Shown: positions 37,747 through 48,359, numbered from the stretch's first letter. The stretch: 64,000 nucleotides of DNA from Gammaproteobacteria bacterium (GCA_965221695.1 OZ244905.1:2336001-2400000), one strand, 5' to 3'. Numbers and translations: made by a program. The notes: a model not told the origin generated them from the sequence alone.

Positions 37747-39501
37747 TCACGAATACTTCTTGTATTTTTCCAGGTGGCGTATCGGTTTGGACAAGGCGTC
37801 ACGGCGGAATGGATCGCCTAACTCGCGGGTGCACATAATCTCAAGTATCGTCGTCTTGCCGCCATTCATCTGGGCATCGATTGCCTTGTTGAGCGCAGGG
37901 CCAACATCCTCCAGTTTATCGACAACAATACCTTCCGCGCCCATAGCCTGAGCAATACCGGCAAAGCTTTGGTTGTCGAGATCCCCTGCCACAAAACGGC
38001 GCCCGTAGAAATCCACCTGGTTCTTCTTCTCGGCTCCCCATTGCCTGTTGTTGAATACCACCGAAGTGACCGGGATGCCTTCACGCACGCAGGTCATTGT
38101 TTCTCCCATGCTCATACCCCAGGCGCCATCACCCACGTAAGAAATCGCGGGGCGGTCCATGGCGGCGAGTTTCGCGCCGATTATTGTGGGGAAAGCATAA
38201 CCGCAGTTGCCGAAACTCATGGCAGCAAACATGCTGCGCGGTCGTTCAAAGCGCAGATAGCTGTTCGAGACCGAGCAGATATTGCCGATGTCGGTGGATA
38301 TCATCACATCGGCAGGCATTGCCTTTTCCAGTTCCCGCAGGACCTGGCGCGGCGACAGCAAGCTACCCTCAGCTTCTTCAATCATGGTTAAACTGAAATC
38401 GTCTTTCTCATGGAGCCAGTCATCCAGTTCATTTTCCCAGGCATCTTTTTCCTGGCTGATTTCCAATATACGCTGTTCCTTACTCCGGTCGCACACCAGG
38501 GATTTTGCGTCAATGCGCGACAGTAATGCATCCGCGGCGGCCTTGGCATCGCCACAGATGCCGACAGATATCTTTTTTACCAGCCCCAGCATTTTATGGT
38601 CTGCATCTACCTGGATGATTGTCGCGTTCTCCGGCCAGTATTCCATTCCATATTGGGGCAAGGTCCCAAAAGGTCCCAGCCGAGTGCCTAGCGCCAATAC
38701 GACATCAGCCTTACTGATAAGTTTCATGCCGGCTTTGGATCCCTGATATCCCAAAGGGCCGCACCAGAGCGGATGGCTGGCGGGGAAGGAATCGTTGTGG
38801 AGATAACTGTTAACTACCGGCGCGCCAAGACGTTCAGCCAACGCTTTGCATGCATCCACACCATCGCCCATGACGACCCCACCGCCGGAGATGATGACCG
38901 GGAATTTCGCGTTGGCTAACAGGTCTGCTGCTTCATTTAAACTCTTGTCGCCACCTGGTCCTCTGTCCAGGGCACGCGGTTGCATAATTTCCGCATCAAT
39001 TTCGCCATAGAAAAAGTCTCGTGGAATATTTAACTGGGTGGGACCCATTTCCGAGAGCGCGCGCTCAAAACAACGACCAGTGATTTCAGCCATGCGTTTC
39101 GGATTATTGACGTGTCCTTGATATTTTGTGAACTCCTGAAACATGGGTAACTGGTTTGCTTCTTGGAATCCGCCCAGGCCCATGCCCATGGTGCCGGCTT
39201 CCGGGGTGATGATGACTACCGGTGAATGAGCCCAATAGGCGGCGGCGATGGCGGTTACACAGTTGCTGATCCCCGGTCCGTTCTGGCCGATACAGACGCC
39301 ATGACGGCCGCTTACACGAGAATACCCATCCGCCATATGTGCCGCGCCCTGTTCATGTACTACCGAGACCATTTTTATTCCGGCAGGTTCGAAGATATCC
39401 ATGGCATCCATGAATGCGGAACCCATAATTCCAAAAATCCTGGTCACGCCATGGGCAGCCATGGTTTCAACAAGGGCTTCGCTGGGACTCATTCGTGTCA
39501 T
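37747..39501 (-). CDS. xsc: Sulfoacetaldehyde acetyltransferase
   Basis: FGIMGSAFMD, HEQGAAHMADG, ThDP motif GDGAWG...NN, QWGAEKKNQ and ELGDPFRRDAL. Confidence 0.96.
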   Translation of the reverse strand: MTRMSPSEALVETMAAHGVTRIFGIMGSAFMDAMDIFEPAGIKMVSVVHEQGAAHMADGYSRVSGRHGVCIGQNGPGISNCVTAIAAAYWAHSPVVIITPEAGTMGMGLGGFQEANQLPMFQEFTKYQGHVNNPKRMAEITGRCFERALSEMGPTQLNIPRDFFYGEIDAEIMQPRALDRGPGGDKSLNEAADLLANAKFPVIISGGGVVMGDGVDACKALAERLGAPVVNSYLHNDSFPASHPLWCGPLGYQGSKAGMKLISKADVVLALGTRLGPFGTLPQYGMEYWPENATIIQVDADHKMLGLVKKISVGICGDAKAAADALLSRIDAKSLVCDRSKEQRILEISQEKDAWENELDDWLHEKDDFSLTMIEEAEGSLLSPRQVLRELEKAMPADVMISTDIGNICSVSNSYLRFERPRSMFAAMSFGNCGYAFPTIIGAKLAAMDRPAISYVGDGAWGMSMGETMTCVREGIPVTSVVFNNRQWGAEKKNQVDFYGRRFVAGDLDNQSFAGIAQAMGAEGIVVDKLEDVGPALNKAIDAQMNGGKTTILEIMCTRELGDPFRRDALSKPIRHLEKYKKYS

Positions 39502-39616
39502 TTGATTGTTACTCTCGTAATATTAATAAAGTTCACTCTACATCTGTATATTTTCTGAGAATAGAACCAGTTATGCTGTATACCAAGTTCCAGAAAACGA
39601 TATTGTAAACGCTCTG

Positions 39617-41107
39617 TTATCTCATACGGGCCATTGTCTTCCGGATCAGGGCTATGCCATCGTTAATCTTGTCTTCTGTGATCGAAGAGAATCCAAGACG
39701 AAAATAATTCATGGGGGGTTCGCCCTGACCGAAATGGACATCTCCCGGTTCAATTAAGATACTTTGTCTGGCACATGCCTGTTCGAGCAAACGCGCATTA
39801 CATGTGTCAGGGCCCCGTACCCAGAAAGCCGTGCCGCCAAATTCAGGAATGTTTGTCGAACCCGGCAGATATTGTTCAAGCGCCTCGCACATTTGTTCCC
39901 AGCGTCTTTTTAGCGCCTGATTAAAACGGCTGATATGGGAATCATAATGCCCAAGCTGTAAAAACAGGGCAACTGTGCGTTGTACCAGGGCGGGAGGGTG
40001 GCGCAACAATAACCGCCGCAGCATTCGGGCTTGTCGTATTAACTCAGAATCTGCAACAAGAAATCCGAGGCGCAGACCCGGCGCGAGTGATTTCGACAGA
40101 CTGCCGCAGTAGATGACCCGGTTGTCCTTATCAAGACTTTTCAGAGACGGATTTGCCTGGTGGATATAATTGGCTTCAGCTTCATAGTCATCTTCTATAA
40201 TGATCAAGTCCTGCAGCTTCGCTTTTTCCAATAAGGCTTTACGCCTATCCAGGGGCATGGTAGCGGTTGTAGGTGACTGGTGACTGGGGGTTATATAGAT
40301 ATAGTCGCATCCGTCGAGTTTATCATTAATCACAAGACCATTTTCATCAATATCAAGCAGCGCCAATTGTTTGGTGCGCAATAAAAATAAATTCCGGGCA
40401 TCAGGGTAGCCGGGATTTTCAATACCTATCACGGTGTCTTTGTTGAAAAGCAATTGAGAGATGATTGACAAGGCATTTTGGGCGCCAATAGTAACTAACA
40501 GGTTTTCCGGCTTGATCCAGATACCCCGTCTGGGTAAAACCCGGATACACAATTCTTCTACCAATACCTCATCATCCTGATCGATATAGTCCAAACTCCC
40601 TGCCGTGATCACGGCCACACTTTGTGATTGACGCACACATTCCCGCCAATCAGCAATAGGGAATAAAGCAGGGTCAGACTGACCATAGATGAATGGATAG
40701 TGGTATTTTTGCCAATCAGGCGGTTTGTGAATATTACGTTGCAGAGACAGATCGGTATTCAGCCTCTGTTGCCATTTCGGAATTCCGCCGTCATCCGCCC
40801 CCCGTTTTTTTTGAAACGATGGTCTGGACTTGAGTAGCGCCGGGTTGACAAAATAACCTTGTCGTTCCCGACTGACCAGGTAACCTTCATCTATAAGGCG
40901 CTGATAAGCCAGCACGATCGTATTACGGGAGACCTGCAGTTCTTGTGCAAGCTCACGACCGGAAGGCAGCGGCAAATCGATGCTTATCCTGCCTTCAAGG
41001 ATAGCTCTGGTCAGCCCTTTTCTAATTTGCATCTGCAAACTTTCCGGGGCAGATTCGTTAAGCTGTATCAGTTGCCTCCACATTAGCTGGTGCGATCGCT
41101 TACTCAT
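39617..41107 (-). CDS. tauR: MocR/GabR-family regulator, TauR-like
   Basis: wHTH (LPSGRELAQELQVSRNT) plus a PLP domain (TPSHQSPT, EDDYE, SLSKSLAPGLRLG); adjacent to xsc. Start uncertain. Confidence 0.8.
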   Translation of the reverse strand: MSKRSHQLMWRQLIQLNESAPESLQMQIRKGLTRAILEGRISIDLPLPSGRELAQELQVSRNTIVLAYQRLIDEGYLVSRERQGYFVNPALLKSRPSFQKKRGADDGGIPKWQQRLNTDLSLQRNIHKPPDWQKYHYPFIYGQSDPALFPIADWRECVRQSQSVAVITAGSLDYIDQDDEVLVEELCIRVLPRRGIWIKPENLLVTIGAQNALSIISQLLFNKDTVIGIENPGYPDARNLFLLRTKQLALLDIDENGLVINDKLDGCDYIYITPSHQSPTTATMPLDRRKALLEKAKLQDLIIIEDDYEAEANYIHQANPSLKSLDKDNRVIYCGSLSKSLAPGLRLGFLVADSELIRQARMLRRLLLRHPPALVQRTVALFLQLGHYDSHISRFNQALKRRWEQMCEALEQYLPGSTNIPEFGGTAFWVRGPDTCNARLLEQACARQSILIEPGDVHFGQGEPPMNYFRLGFSSITEDKINDGIALIRKTMARMR

Positions 41108-41246
41108 TTCTGGCGCTACCTGAGAACAGGGTCGATTCGTAACATCTGCACTGGACAAAAATATAAAGCTTAAACAATCATATTAGCAGATGAACAAAAT
41201 GACCAATACTCTAACAGAAGCGGTTGACTTTATATCTGAAATCGCC

Positions 41247-42575
41247 ATGAGCACAAAGCAGAATTACTCATGTGCCGATCTGGAAAATCACTGGATGCCG
41301 TTTACCGACAATAAATCCTTTAAGCGGGAACCCCGTCTGCTGGTAAAAGGAGAAGGGGTATACGTGTGGAATACCAGGGGCGAACGTTTGATTGACGGCT
41401 GTTCCGGCCTGTTTTCCGTTCCCTGTGGTCATTGCCGGCCTGAGATCGCAGCAGCGGTGCATAAGCAACTACTGGAACTTGATTACACTTCACCTTTTCT
41501 ACGCGGCCACCCCAAATCGTTCGAACTCGCAAACCGGTTAGCGGCGATGACGCCGGAACCGTTGAATCATATATTCTATGGAAACTCCGGGTCGGAAGCC
41601 GTTGATACATCCATGAAGATTGTGATGGCGTATAACTATGCGAGAGGACAATCGCAGAAGAACATATTCGTCTCCCGTGAACGGGCCTACCATGGAGTCA
41701 ATATCGGAGGCACGTCACTCGGCGGCATTGTCAAAAACAGGGAGGCTTTTACCAGTGTCCTGCCGGGTGTAACCTACATGCGTAGTACAGCAACCTCTGA
41801 TCGGAAATTTATCAAAGGCCAACCCGAGGATGGCGGACAAGAACTGGCCAACGATCTGTTACATATTGTTCAGATGTATGGAGAGAACCGGATAGCTGCA
41901 TGCTTCGTTGAGCCAATCGCCGGTTCTACCGGTGTGCTGGTCCCGCCCAAAGGGTATCTGGAGCGGTTGCGGGAAATCTGCAATCAGTATGACATCCTGC
42001 TGGTTTTTGATGAGGTGATCACCGGTTTCGGCCGCACCGGTTCGGCATTTGCCGCGCAGGAATTCAACGTTACGCCTGATATTATTACGATGGCTAAAGC
42101 TATGACGAATGCCGCCCAGCCAATGTCAGGCGTTGCTGTCCACGATCGGATATACGATGCCATTGTGAACGGTAGTGAAAACGACATGATTGAATTCTTC
42201 CATGGTTACACCTATTCTGGTCATCCTGCCGCTTGTGCTGCGGGCCTTGCAACCCTGGAAATTTATGAGAAAGAAGACCTGTTTCAACGGGCCAGAGACC
42301 TTTCCGGATATTTTCTGGAATCCTTATTCGAACTACAGGAGCATCCGATGATCACGGACATCCGCGGTTACGGTATGCTGGCCGCTATTGAACTTTTGGC
42401 TGAAGAGAGACCAGGCAAGCGCGGACATGATTTCCAGAAGCGTTTGTTTGACGCCGGCGTGCATGTCAAGACCACTGGAGATGCAGCATTGATAGCGCCG
42501 CCTTTCATAATCGAAAAATCGCAAATCGATGATATGTCAGGAATCATCCGAGAGGCGCTTGACAGTTATCTTTGA
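41247..42575 (+). CDS. Class III omega-amino acid--pyruvate aminotransferase (BauA/AptA type; taurine/beta-alanine candidate)
   Basis: WMPFT, NSGSEAVDT, YHG, FDEVITGFGR, AKAMTN and HGYTYSGHP. The ORF opens at 41190. Confidence 0.88.
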   Translation: MSTKQNYSCADLENHWMPFTDNKSFKREPRLLVKGEGVYVWNTRGERLIDGCSGLFSVPCGHCRPEIAAAVHKQLLELDYTSPFLRGHPKSFELANRLAAMTPEPLNHIFYGNSGSEAVDTSMKIVMAYNYARGQSQKNIFVSRERAYHGVNIGGTSLGGIVKNREAFTSVLPGVTYMRSTATSDRKFIKGQPEDGGQELANDLLHIVQMYGENRIAACFVEPIAGSTGVLVPPKGYLERLREICNQYDILLVFDEVITGFGRTGSAFAAQEFNVTPDIITMAKAMTNAAQPMSGVAVHDRIYDAIVNGSENDMIEFFHGYTYSGHPAACAAGLATLEIYEKEDLFQRARDLSGYFLESLFELQEHPMITDIRGYGMLAAIELLAEERPGKRGHDFQKRLFDAGVHVKTTGDAALIAPPFIIEKSQIDDMSGIIREALDSYL

Positions 42576-42579
42576 GTAA

Positions 42580-43608
42580 ATGATGTCACACGACTTAACA
42601 GATTTCATTACCGGGATGCCCAAGGCGGAACTCCATGTCCACATTGAAGGCTGTTTGGATCCCGGGATGTTATTGCAATTTGCGGAACGCAATGGAGTGG
42701 ATCTTCCCTACCAGGATGAAGATGAAGTGTTGGCGGCACAGGATTATGGCGAACCTGCCCTGGATAATTTTTTGAAATACCATGAGAACTGTCTCCGTGT
42801 ATTAAGGACAGGACAGGATTTTTATGAACTTGCCTACGCTTTTTTTAAAAAATCTGCTGAAAACAATATTATCTACCTGGAAATCATGTTTGAAACGCAG
42901 GCACATACCAGTCGAGGCCTTGTATTTTCGGAATTCTACGGCGGCATTAACCAGGCAAGAGAAGAGGCAAGACGTGATTTTAATATCGAAGCAAACTGGA
43001 TCATGAGTTTTCAGAGGGACCACAGCGCTGCATCCTGCATGGAAATACTTGATATGGCCGCGCCGTTTAAGGATCAGATTATCGCTGTGGGGCTGGATAA
43101 TTATGAAGTGAATAATTTCCCCCTGAAGTTTGTAGAAGTATTCCGGCGGGCGCGTGAAGAAGGCTATCGCCTGACCGCACATTGTGACTGCAATCAGCAG
43201 AATTCCATCAATCATATTCGCCAGTGTCTGGAACTGTTACAAGTGGAACGCATCGATCATGGCCTGCATGTAATCGACAGCCTTGAATTAACGGCAATAG
43301 TTGGAGAGCGGAAGATACCACTCACCATGTGTCCGACCTGGCGGCCTTCGGACCCCGCTCCCCGGCGGATGGAGAGTATTCGAAAAATGCTTGAACTGGG
43401 ACTGCTCGTATCGGTCAACTCAGATGATCCAGAAGAATTCGCGAGCCGCTATCTGAACAATATTTTAGTTGAAATGCACAAACAAGGCAGTTATACAAAG
43501 GATGAAATTATCCGCCTGACGCGTAACGCTTTTTCATCAGCCTGGATTTCGGAGGATTCCAGAGCGCACTACATGGAAGAATTGGATCAATATGTTGCTG
43601 CGCATTAA
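42580..43608 (+). CDS. Adenosine/adenine deaminase family protein
   Basis: PKAELHVHIEG, TAHCD, RIDHG and NSDDP. Confidence 0.88.
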   Translation: MMSHDLTDFITGMPKAELHVHIEGCLDPGMLLQFAERNGVDLPYQDEDEVLAAQDYGEPALDNFLKYHENCLRVLRTGQDFYELAYAFFKKSAENNIIYLEIMFETQAHTSRGLVFSEFYGGINQAREEARRDFNIEANWIMSFQRDHSAASCMEILDMAAPFKDQIIAVGLDNYEVNNFPLKFVEVFRRAREEGYRLTAHCDCNQQNSINHIRQCLELLQVERIDHGLHVIDSLELTAIVGERKIPLTMCPTWRPSDPAPRRMESIRKMLELGLLVSVNSDDPEEFASRYLNNILVEMHKQGSYTKDEIIRLTRNAFSSAWISEDSRAHYMEELDQYVAAH

Positions 43609-43676
43609 GCCGGGCGCGCGTATCTGTAATCATAATAGATTCATGCAACAACTGGCTTGCCGGCGAGTAATACGGA

Positions 43677-44648
43677 CTACTCTGCCGATATCATTATCGC
43701 CGCGGTTGCAACAATGTCCTCTATACTTGCTCCGCGTGATAAGTCTGCAACAGGTTTAGCAAATCCTTGCAGTATAGGGCCGATGGCATCGGTCTGACCA
43801 AGGCGCTGGACGAGCTTGTAGGAAATGTTACCGGCATTCAGATCCGGGAATATCAACACATTAGCATGCCCGGCGACAGGACTTGCAGAGCCTGACTTGA
43901 TTTTCGAGATAGCAGGAACGAGCGCGCTATCTGCTTGTAGTTCTCCATCGATTGCGAACTCAGGAGCCCGCTCTTGAGCGAGCGACACTGCGCGCACGAC
44001 TTTATCGACATGCGGATGACGGGCGCTGCCTTTTGTAGAGTACGAGAGCAATGCCACGCGAGGCGCGTCATCAAGTAATTTCTCCGCATTTCTGGCCGAA
44101 GAAATAGCAATATCGGCGAGTTCTTCCGCTGTGGGATCAGCGTTGACCGCACAGTCCGCAAAAACAAGTGGTTTGCCATCCTTTGGGAGCATGATAAAAA
44201 AACTTGATGGCGTCTGAATCCCGTCGGCAAGACCGATGCATAACCGGGCCGCCTCAATAACCTTGCGTGTCGGGTTGTCAATACCTGCAAGGAGCGCATC
44301 AGCATCGCCTGCTCTTACCATCATCGCTCCATAGTAAAGCGGTTTGTGCATGGCCCGAAGCGCCATTCCCGGGTTCACTTTGCCGCGCTGGCTTGCGTAT
44401 AGGCGGGCATAGTTTTCCAGATGGCTGCTTGTTTCAGGCTCGACAATCGAGCAGGCTCTGATCGGTATGTTGTTATCCGCTGCCAATGCCTCGATACGCC
44501 TGGGCTTGCCGATAAGGCACACTTCAGCTATCCCTTCAATGGCAATTCTGCTCGCGGCCTCAAGCATCCGAATATTATCGCCCTCCGGAAACACAAGACG
44601 CGCCGACGTTGCCCGCGCGCTTTCTATGAAACGCTGAACAAATGTCAC
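43677..44648 (-). CDS. pta: Phosphate acetyltransferase
   Basis: [41 protein letters not shown] and DLSRG. Confidence 0.95.
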   Translation of the reverse strand: MTFVQRFIESARATSARLVFPEGDNIRMLEAASRIAIEGIAEVCLIGKPRRIEALAADNNIPIRACSIVEPETSSHLENYARLYASQRGKVNPGMALRAMHKPLYYGAMMVRAGDADALLAGIDNPTRKVIEAARLCIGLADGIQTPSSFFIMLPKDGKPLVFADCAVNADPTAEELADIAISSARNAEKLLDDAPRVALLSYSTKGSARHPHVDKVVRAVSLAQERAPEFAIDGELQADSALVPAISKIKSGSASPVAGHANVLIFPDLNAGNISYKLVQRLGQTDAIGPILQGFAKPVADLSRGASIEDIVATAAIMISAE

Positions 44649-44657
44649 GTTTTTCCG

Positions 44658-45794
44658 CTAACGGTCTTCCATAGATATGTAAGGACGCCGTTCCGGACCG
44701 TTATAACTTAACAGTGGCCTGATCAGAATATTGTTTTCCATTTGTTGCCGCACCTGTAATGTCCAGCCCGGGACACGCCCTGCCGCGAAGATAGGGACAA
44801 AGATATCCTGTGGTATGCCGTGCAAGTGATAAATCACACCGGAGTAAAAATCGACATTGACATTGACACCATGGCGCGCATAAGGCTGCATCGCTTCGAC
44901 CAGGGCCTGTAGTATCCGATTCCAGTGCGGTTCACCCTTCTCTCTCGACAGGCGTTCGACACCATCACGCAGGTGTTTGGCTCGTGGATCTTCCGCGCGG
45001 TAAACCCGATGACCAAAACCCATGATAGGTTCTCTGTTTTTTCTTCTGGTCTTGACGTACTCCTTTGCATTCTCAGGAGCGCCAATTTCACGCGCCATCT
45101 TTATAACGTTTTCAGCAGCTCCGCCATGCGCGGGTCCGGATAACGCCGCTATGGCTGCTGTTATTGCGGCATGCAGGTTGGCATCTGTTCCGGTGACAAC
45201 TCTCGCTGTGAACGATGACGCATTCGATCCATGTTCAGCATGCAGGATAAAGTCAAGATCCATCAGTCTTGCAGCATTTTCGCTGGGCGGTGCGCCATGT
45301 AACATATACAGAAAATTGGCTGCATGACTTAAATCCATGTCCGGCGAAATCAGGGGTTTGTCAATCCTGACTCTATGGATAGCAGCCACGATCATCGGCA
45401 GTTGCGAAGTGAGTCGAACACCTTTTCGCAGAATTGCTTCTCTCGAACAGTCTTCAACCTCCGGATCATAAGCGGCCAACGCAGATACTGCCGTGCGCAG
45501 TATGTCCATAGGATGAGCATCAGCCAGGGTTCTGATGATGTCATAGAGAGAATCCGGCAGTACCCGCTCCGTCTTGAGTTGTTCATCGAATGCGCTGTAT
45601 TCTGCGTTGTTCGGCAACTCACCATGCAACAGCAGGTAGGTGGTTTCTTCAAAACTGGAATGCGTGGCCAGATCATCAATCGAATAGCCGTAATAGCGGA
45701 GTTCACCAGCCTGGCCGTCAATGAATGTTGCCGGTGATCGGTCGAAATAAACTCCTTTCAAACCGCGATGAATTCTGACGCCATCATCAGCCAT
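44658..45794 (-). CDS. Citrate synthase / 2-methylcitrate synthase family
   Basis: RGLKGV, HAEHGSNASSF, GPAHGGA, MGFGHRVY and NVDFYSG. Start MADDG at 45794. Confidence 0.92.
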   Translation of the reverse strand: MADDGVRIHRGLKGVYFDRSPATFIDGQAGELRYYGYSIDDLATHSSFEETTYLLLHGELPNNAEYSAFDEQLKTERVLPDSLYDIIRTLADAHPMDILRTAVSALAAYDPEVEDCSREAILRKGVRLTSQLPMIVAAIHRVRIDKPLISPDMDLSHAANFLYMLHGAPPSENAARLMDLDFILHAEHGSNASSFTARVVTGTDANLHAAITAAIAALSGPAHGGAAENVIKMAREIGAPENAKEYVKTRRKNREPIMGFGHRVYRAEDPRAKHLRDGVERLSREKGEPHWNRILQALVEAMQPYARHGVNVNVDFYSGVIYHLHGIPQDIFVPIFAAGRVPGWTLQVRQQMENNILIRPLLSYNGPERRPYISMEDR

Positions 45795-45814
45795 AAGTTT
45801 TACCTTGCCCCGTG

Positions 45815-46426
45815 TTAGTCTGCCTCTGCGGAGTGATACTTCTTCACATATTCCTGGATGGATGCCACGCCCTGTTCCTTTGCCTCGAACAGGCTTTCGA
45901 GGTGTTCCCTGGAATTGATGATGCCCATGGTGACAACCTTGCCCTGCTCGTCGATCAAGACCGAGTACGGCAGTTTGCCTACCCCGTAACTGCGGCCCAG
46001 GATTTCCGACAATATGTAATCGAAGCGTGACAGCTTCTGCTGTTCGATGAACTTGCGGTGTTGTTCTACCGGGCCGTCGCTGGCCAGCACGATATCCAGC
46101 CAGGCGCGTTCCTCCTTGTGTGCCGAGAACAGCGCCGGTAGCAGCGTCTTGCACACCGGACAATCGGGAGCGAGAAAGAACAGCAACAGGCTGCGCGCCG
46201 GCTCGCGGACTCCGCCGACACGGATTTTTTTATTCTCAATGGTCAACAAATCCATTTCCGGGGCGGCATCTCCGGGGCGCAGGGTCTGGTTCACCATCAG
46301 CGCGCCGGCCGGGGCCACCCGCTCGTAGAGCACGCCGATCTGCCTCACCAGGGCAAATACCATTAAGCCAAGTATTACCACGATGATCCAGAGCAGGAGG
46401 TTGGAGACGATCAGGGCTTCAAGCAT
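45815..46426 (-). CDS. mauD: Methylamine utilization protein MauD
   Basis: ALVRQIGVLYERVAPAGAL, CPVCK, VGKLPY and NSREHLESL. Confidence 0.93.
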   Translation of the reverse strand: MLEALIVSNLLLWIIVVILGLMVFALVRQIGVLYERVAPAGALMVNQTLRPGDAAPEMDLLTIENKKIRVGGVREPARSLLLFFLAPDCPVCKTLLPALFSAHKEERAWLDIVLASDGPVEQHRKFIEQQKLSRFDYILSEILGRSYGVGKLPYSVLIDEQGKVVTMGIINSREHLESLFEAKEQGVASIQEYVKKYHSAEAD

Positions 46427-46970
46427 GGAATTCCTCGCGGACCAACGATTTCAGCAGGTCTTTGTTCACCAGCAACTGGTTGATGATATTGTAGAGCAGG
46501 CAACCCATGACGGCCGCCAGGATGATCGTCAGCCAGTCGAACCAGAGCAGCACGCGCGGCAGCGTCTGACTGCCGGCAACACCAGCGAGCAACAGCAGCA
46601 AAGCGTTGCGCGCGATCATCCACTCGCTGATGGTTTGTTTCTGGGCCGGGCCGCCGCATCCACAATCGATACTGCGGCGTCCGCGCAGCAGGTTGATGGC
46701 TATCGCGATCATGTAGACACACAGCAGCGCGCCGGCCGAGAACGCCGCGAGGCGCGCCACCGCGGGTATCAGCAGCGCTGCCCCGGTCATGATTTCAACC
46801 ACGGGAATCAAGTAGACGCCTTGGCGGGCCAAACCCTCCGGCAGGATTTTATAATTCATCAAGGTCGTCGCAAACTCTGCCGGCGCCTTGCACTTGTGCA
46901 GTCCGGCCAGCACGAATACGTAGCTCAGGACCAGCGCGGCAATGAGATTGAGGACGGGGTCGAAGATCAT
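46419..46970 (-). CDS. mauE: Methylamine utilization protein MauE
   Basis: AGLHK, AINLLRGRRSIDCGCGG and RN. Confidence 0.92.
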   Translation of the reverse strand: MIFDPVLNLIAALVLSYVFVLAGLHKCKAPAEFATTLMNYKILPEGLARQGVYLIPVVEIMTGAALLIPAVARLAAFSAGALLCVYMIAIAINLLRGRRSIDCGCGGPAQKQTISEWMIARNALLLLLAGVAGSQTLPRVLLWFDWLTIILAAVMGCLLYNIINQLLVNKDLLKSLVREEFHA

Positions 46971-46991
46971 GATGCCAGGTAACCTTTGGGA

Positions 46992-48359
46992 TTAAGTCAG
47001 AGTTTCCAACGCTACAGGGCGGTCGCTAAAGTAGTTTGCCGCGGTCTTCTGCCTTACCTCATCTTCCGTGACCCCTGGCAGCAACTTAACCAGGCGCATC
47101 CCCGTGTCACCGAAATGAAATACCGCCAGGTCCGTGATCAGGATATCGACGGCCTTGCGTGCGGTCAATGGCAGGTCACAACGGGACGCTACTTTAGAGT
47201 TGCCGTTCCTGTCGCAATGGGTCATGGTCACGATCAGCTTGCCGGCGCCGGACGCCAGGTCCATCGCGCCACCGACCCCGAGCAGCGGTTTGCCGGGCAC
47301 GGCCCAGTTGGCCAGGTTGCCCTGTTCGTCCACCTGCAGGCCGCCCATGATGGCCACATCCACGTGACCGCCCCGGATCATGCCGAAAGAGGCGGCGCTG
47401 TCGAAATAGCTGGAGCCGGGCAGCGCGGTAACCGGAACCTTGCCGGCATTGATCGGATACTCCATCGCGCCGCCGGATTCGGGTTCCGGCCCTACGCCCA
47501 GCATACCGTTTTCGGAGTGCAGGATGATGCCGTCTTCCGGCTTGATCAAGTCCGCCACCAGGGTGGGAATACCGACTCCCAGGTTCACGATATCGCCCCG
47601 CTGCAACTCGGCCAGCGCCAGCCTGGCCATCGTCATACGGGCTTCATCCACCTTTTTCCGGCTTGCCGCCACTGATGCCGAGGTGCCCAGGTGCTCAGGG
47701 TTGAGGCTGGCCTGTACCAGGTAGTCGACGAAACAACCGGGAGTATGAATATGATCCGGGTCCAATTCGCCGGCAGGGACAATCTCCTCCACTTCAGCGA
47801 TGACCAGATCGGCGGCCGTCGCCGCGGCCGGGTTGAAATTGTTTTCCGTCATGCGGTATTGCAGGTTGCCGATGGTATCGGCGCGCCAGGCCCTGATGAC
47901 GGCAACATCGGCGCGCAGCGCGGGAACGAATACCATCTCTGTTCCGTTGATGACCCTGGTTTCACAGCCTTCCGCCAGCGGCGTTCCGGCCGCAGTGGGT
48001 GTGAAGAATCCCCCCAGACCGGCTCCACCGGCGCGGATGGCTTCCGCCAGCGTGCCCTGGGGCAGAAGTTCAAATTCGACTTTCCCGGACTGCGCCGCCA
48101 CCACGGCTTCGAGGTTGCTGGTGAAGAATGACCCGACAACTTTTTTCAACTGGCCCTTACGCAGGCAGAGCCCGCCGGCTAGGCCGGGTTCGCCCACATT
48201 GTTGCCGATATAGGTAAGCCCGGTTACATCGGTTTCGGCAAGCGCATGCATGACGTTGGTCGGGTTGCCCGTCATACCGAAACCGCCAACGATCAACACA
48301 TCGCCGGAGCGCACCTTGGCGGCAGCCTGCTCTAAGGTTATCTGCGGTACGGTTCTCAT
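46992..48359 (-). CDS. Fused A+B 3-oxoacid CoA-transferase (3-oxoadipate/acetoacetate type)
   Basis: [27 protein letters not shown], the catalytic SENG and GGAMDL all in one polypeptide. Confidence 0.9.
   Translation of the reverse strand: MRTVPQITLEQAAAKVRSGDVLIVGGFGMTGNPTNVMHALAETDVTGLTYIGNNVGEPGLAGGLCLRKGQLKKVVGSFFTSNLEAVVAAQSGKVEFELLPQGTLAEAIRAGGAGLGGFFTPTAAGTPLAEGCETRVINGTEMVFVPALRADVAVIRAWRADTIGNLQYRMTENNFNPAAATAADLVIAEVEEIVPAGELDPDHIHTPGCFVDYLVQASLNPEHLGTSASVAASRKKVDEARMTMARLALAELQRGDIVNLGVGIPTLVADLIKPEDGIILHSENGMLGVGPEPESGGAMEYPINAGKVPVTALPGSSYFDSAASFGMIRGGHVDVAIMGGLQVDEQGNLANWAVPGKPLLGVGGAMDLASGAGKLIVTMTHCDRNGNSKVASRCDLPLTARKAVDILITDLAVFHFGDTGMRLVKLLPGVTEDEVRQKTAANYFSDRPVALETLT

Noticed and set aside
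45795-46163. N-terminal extension of citrate synthase (501-aa ORF) suggesting a fusion
   Set aside because: It overlaps mauD in another frame. Citrate synthase similarity begins at MADDG (45794).
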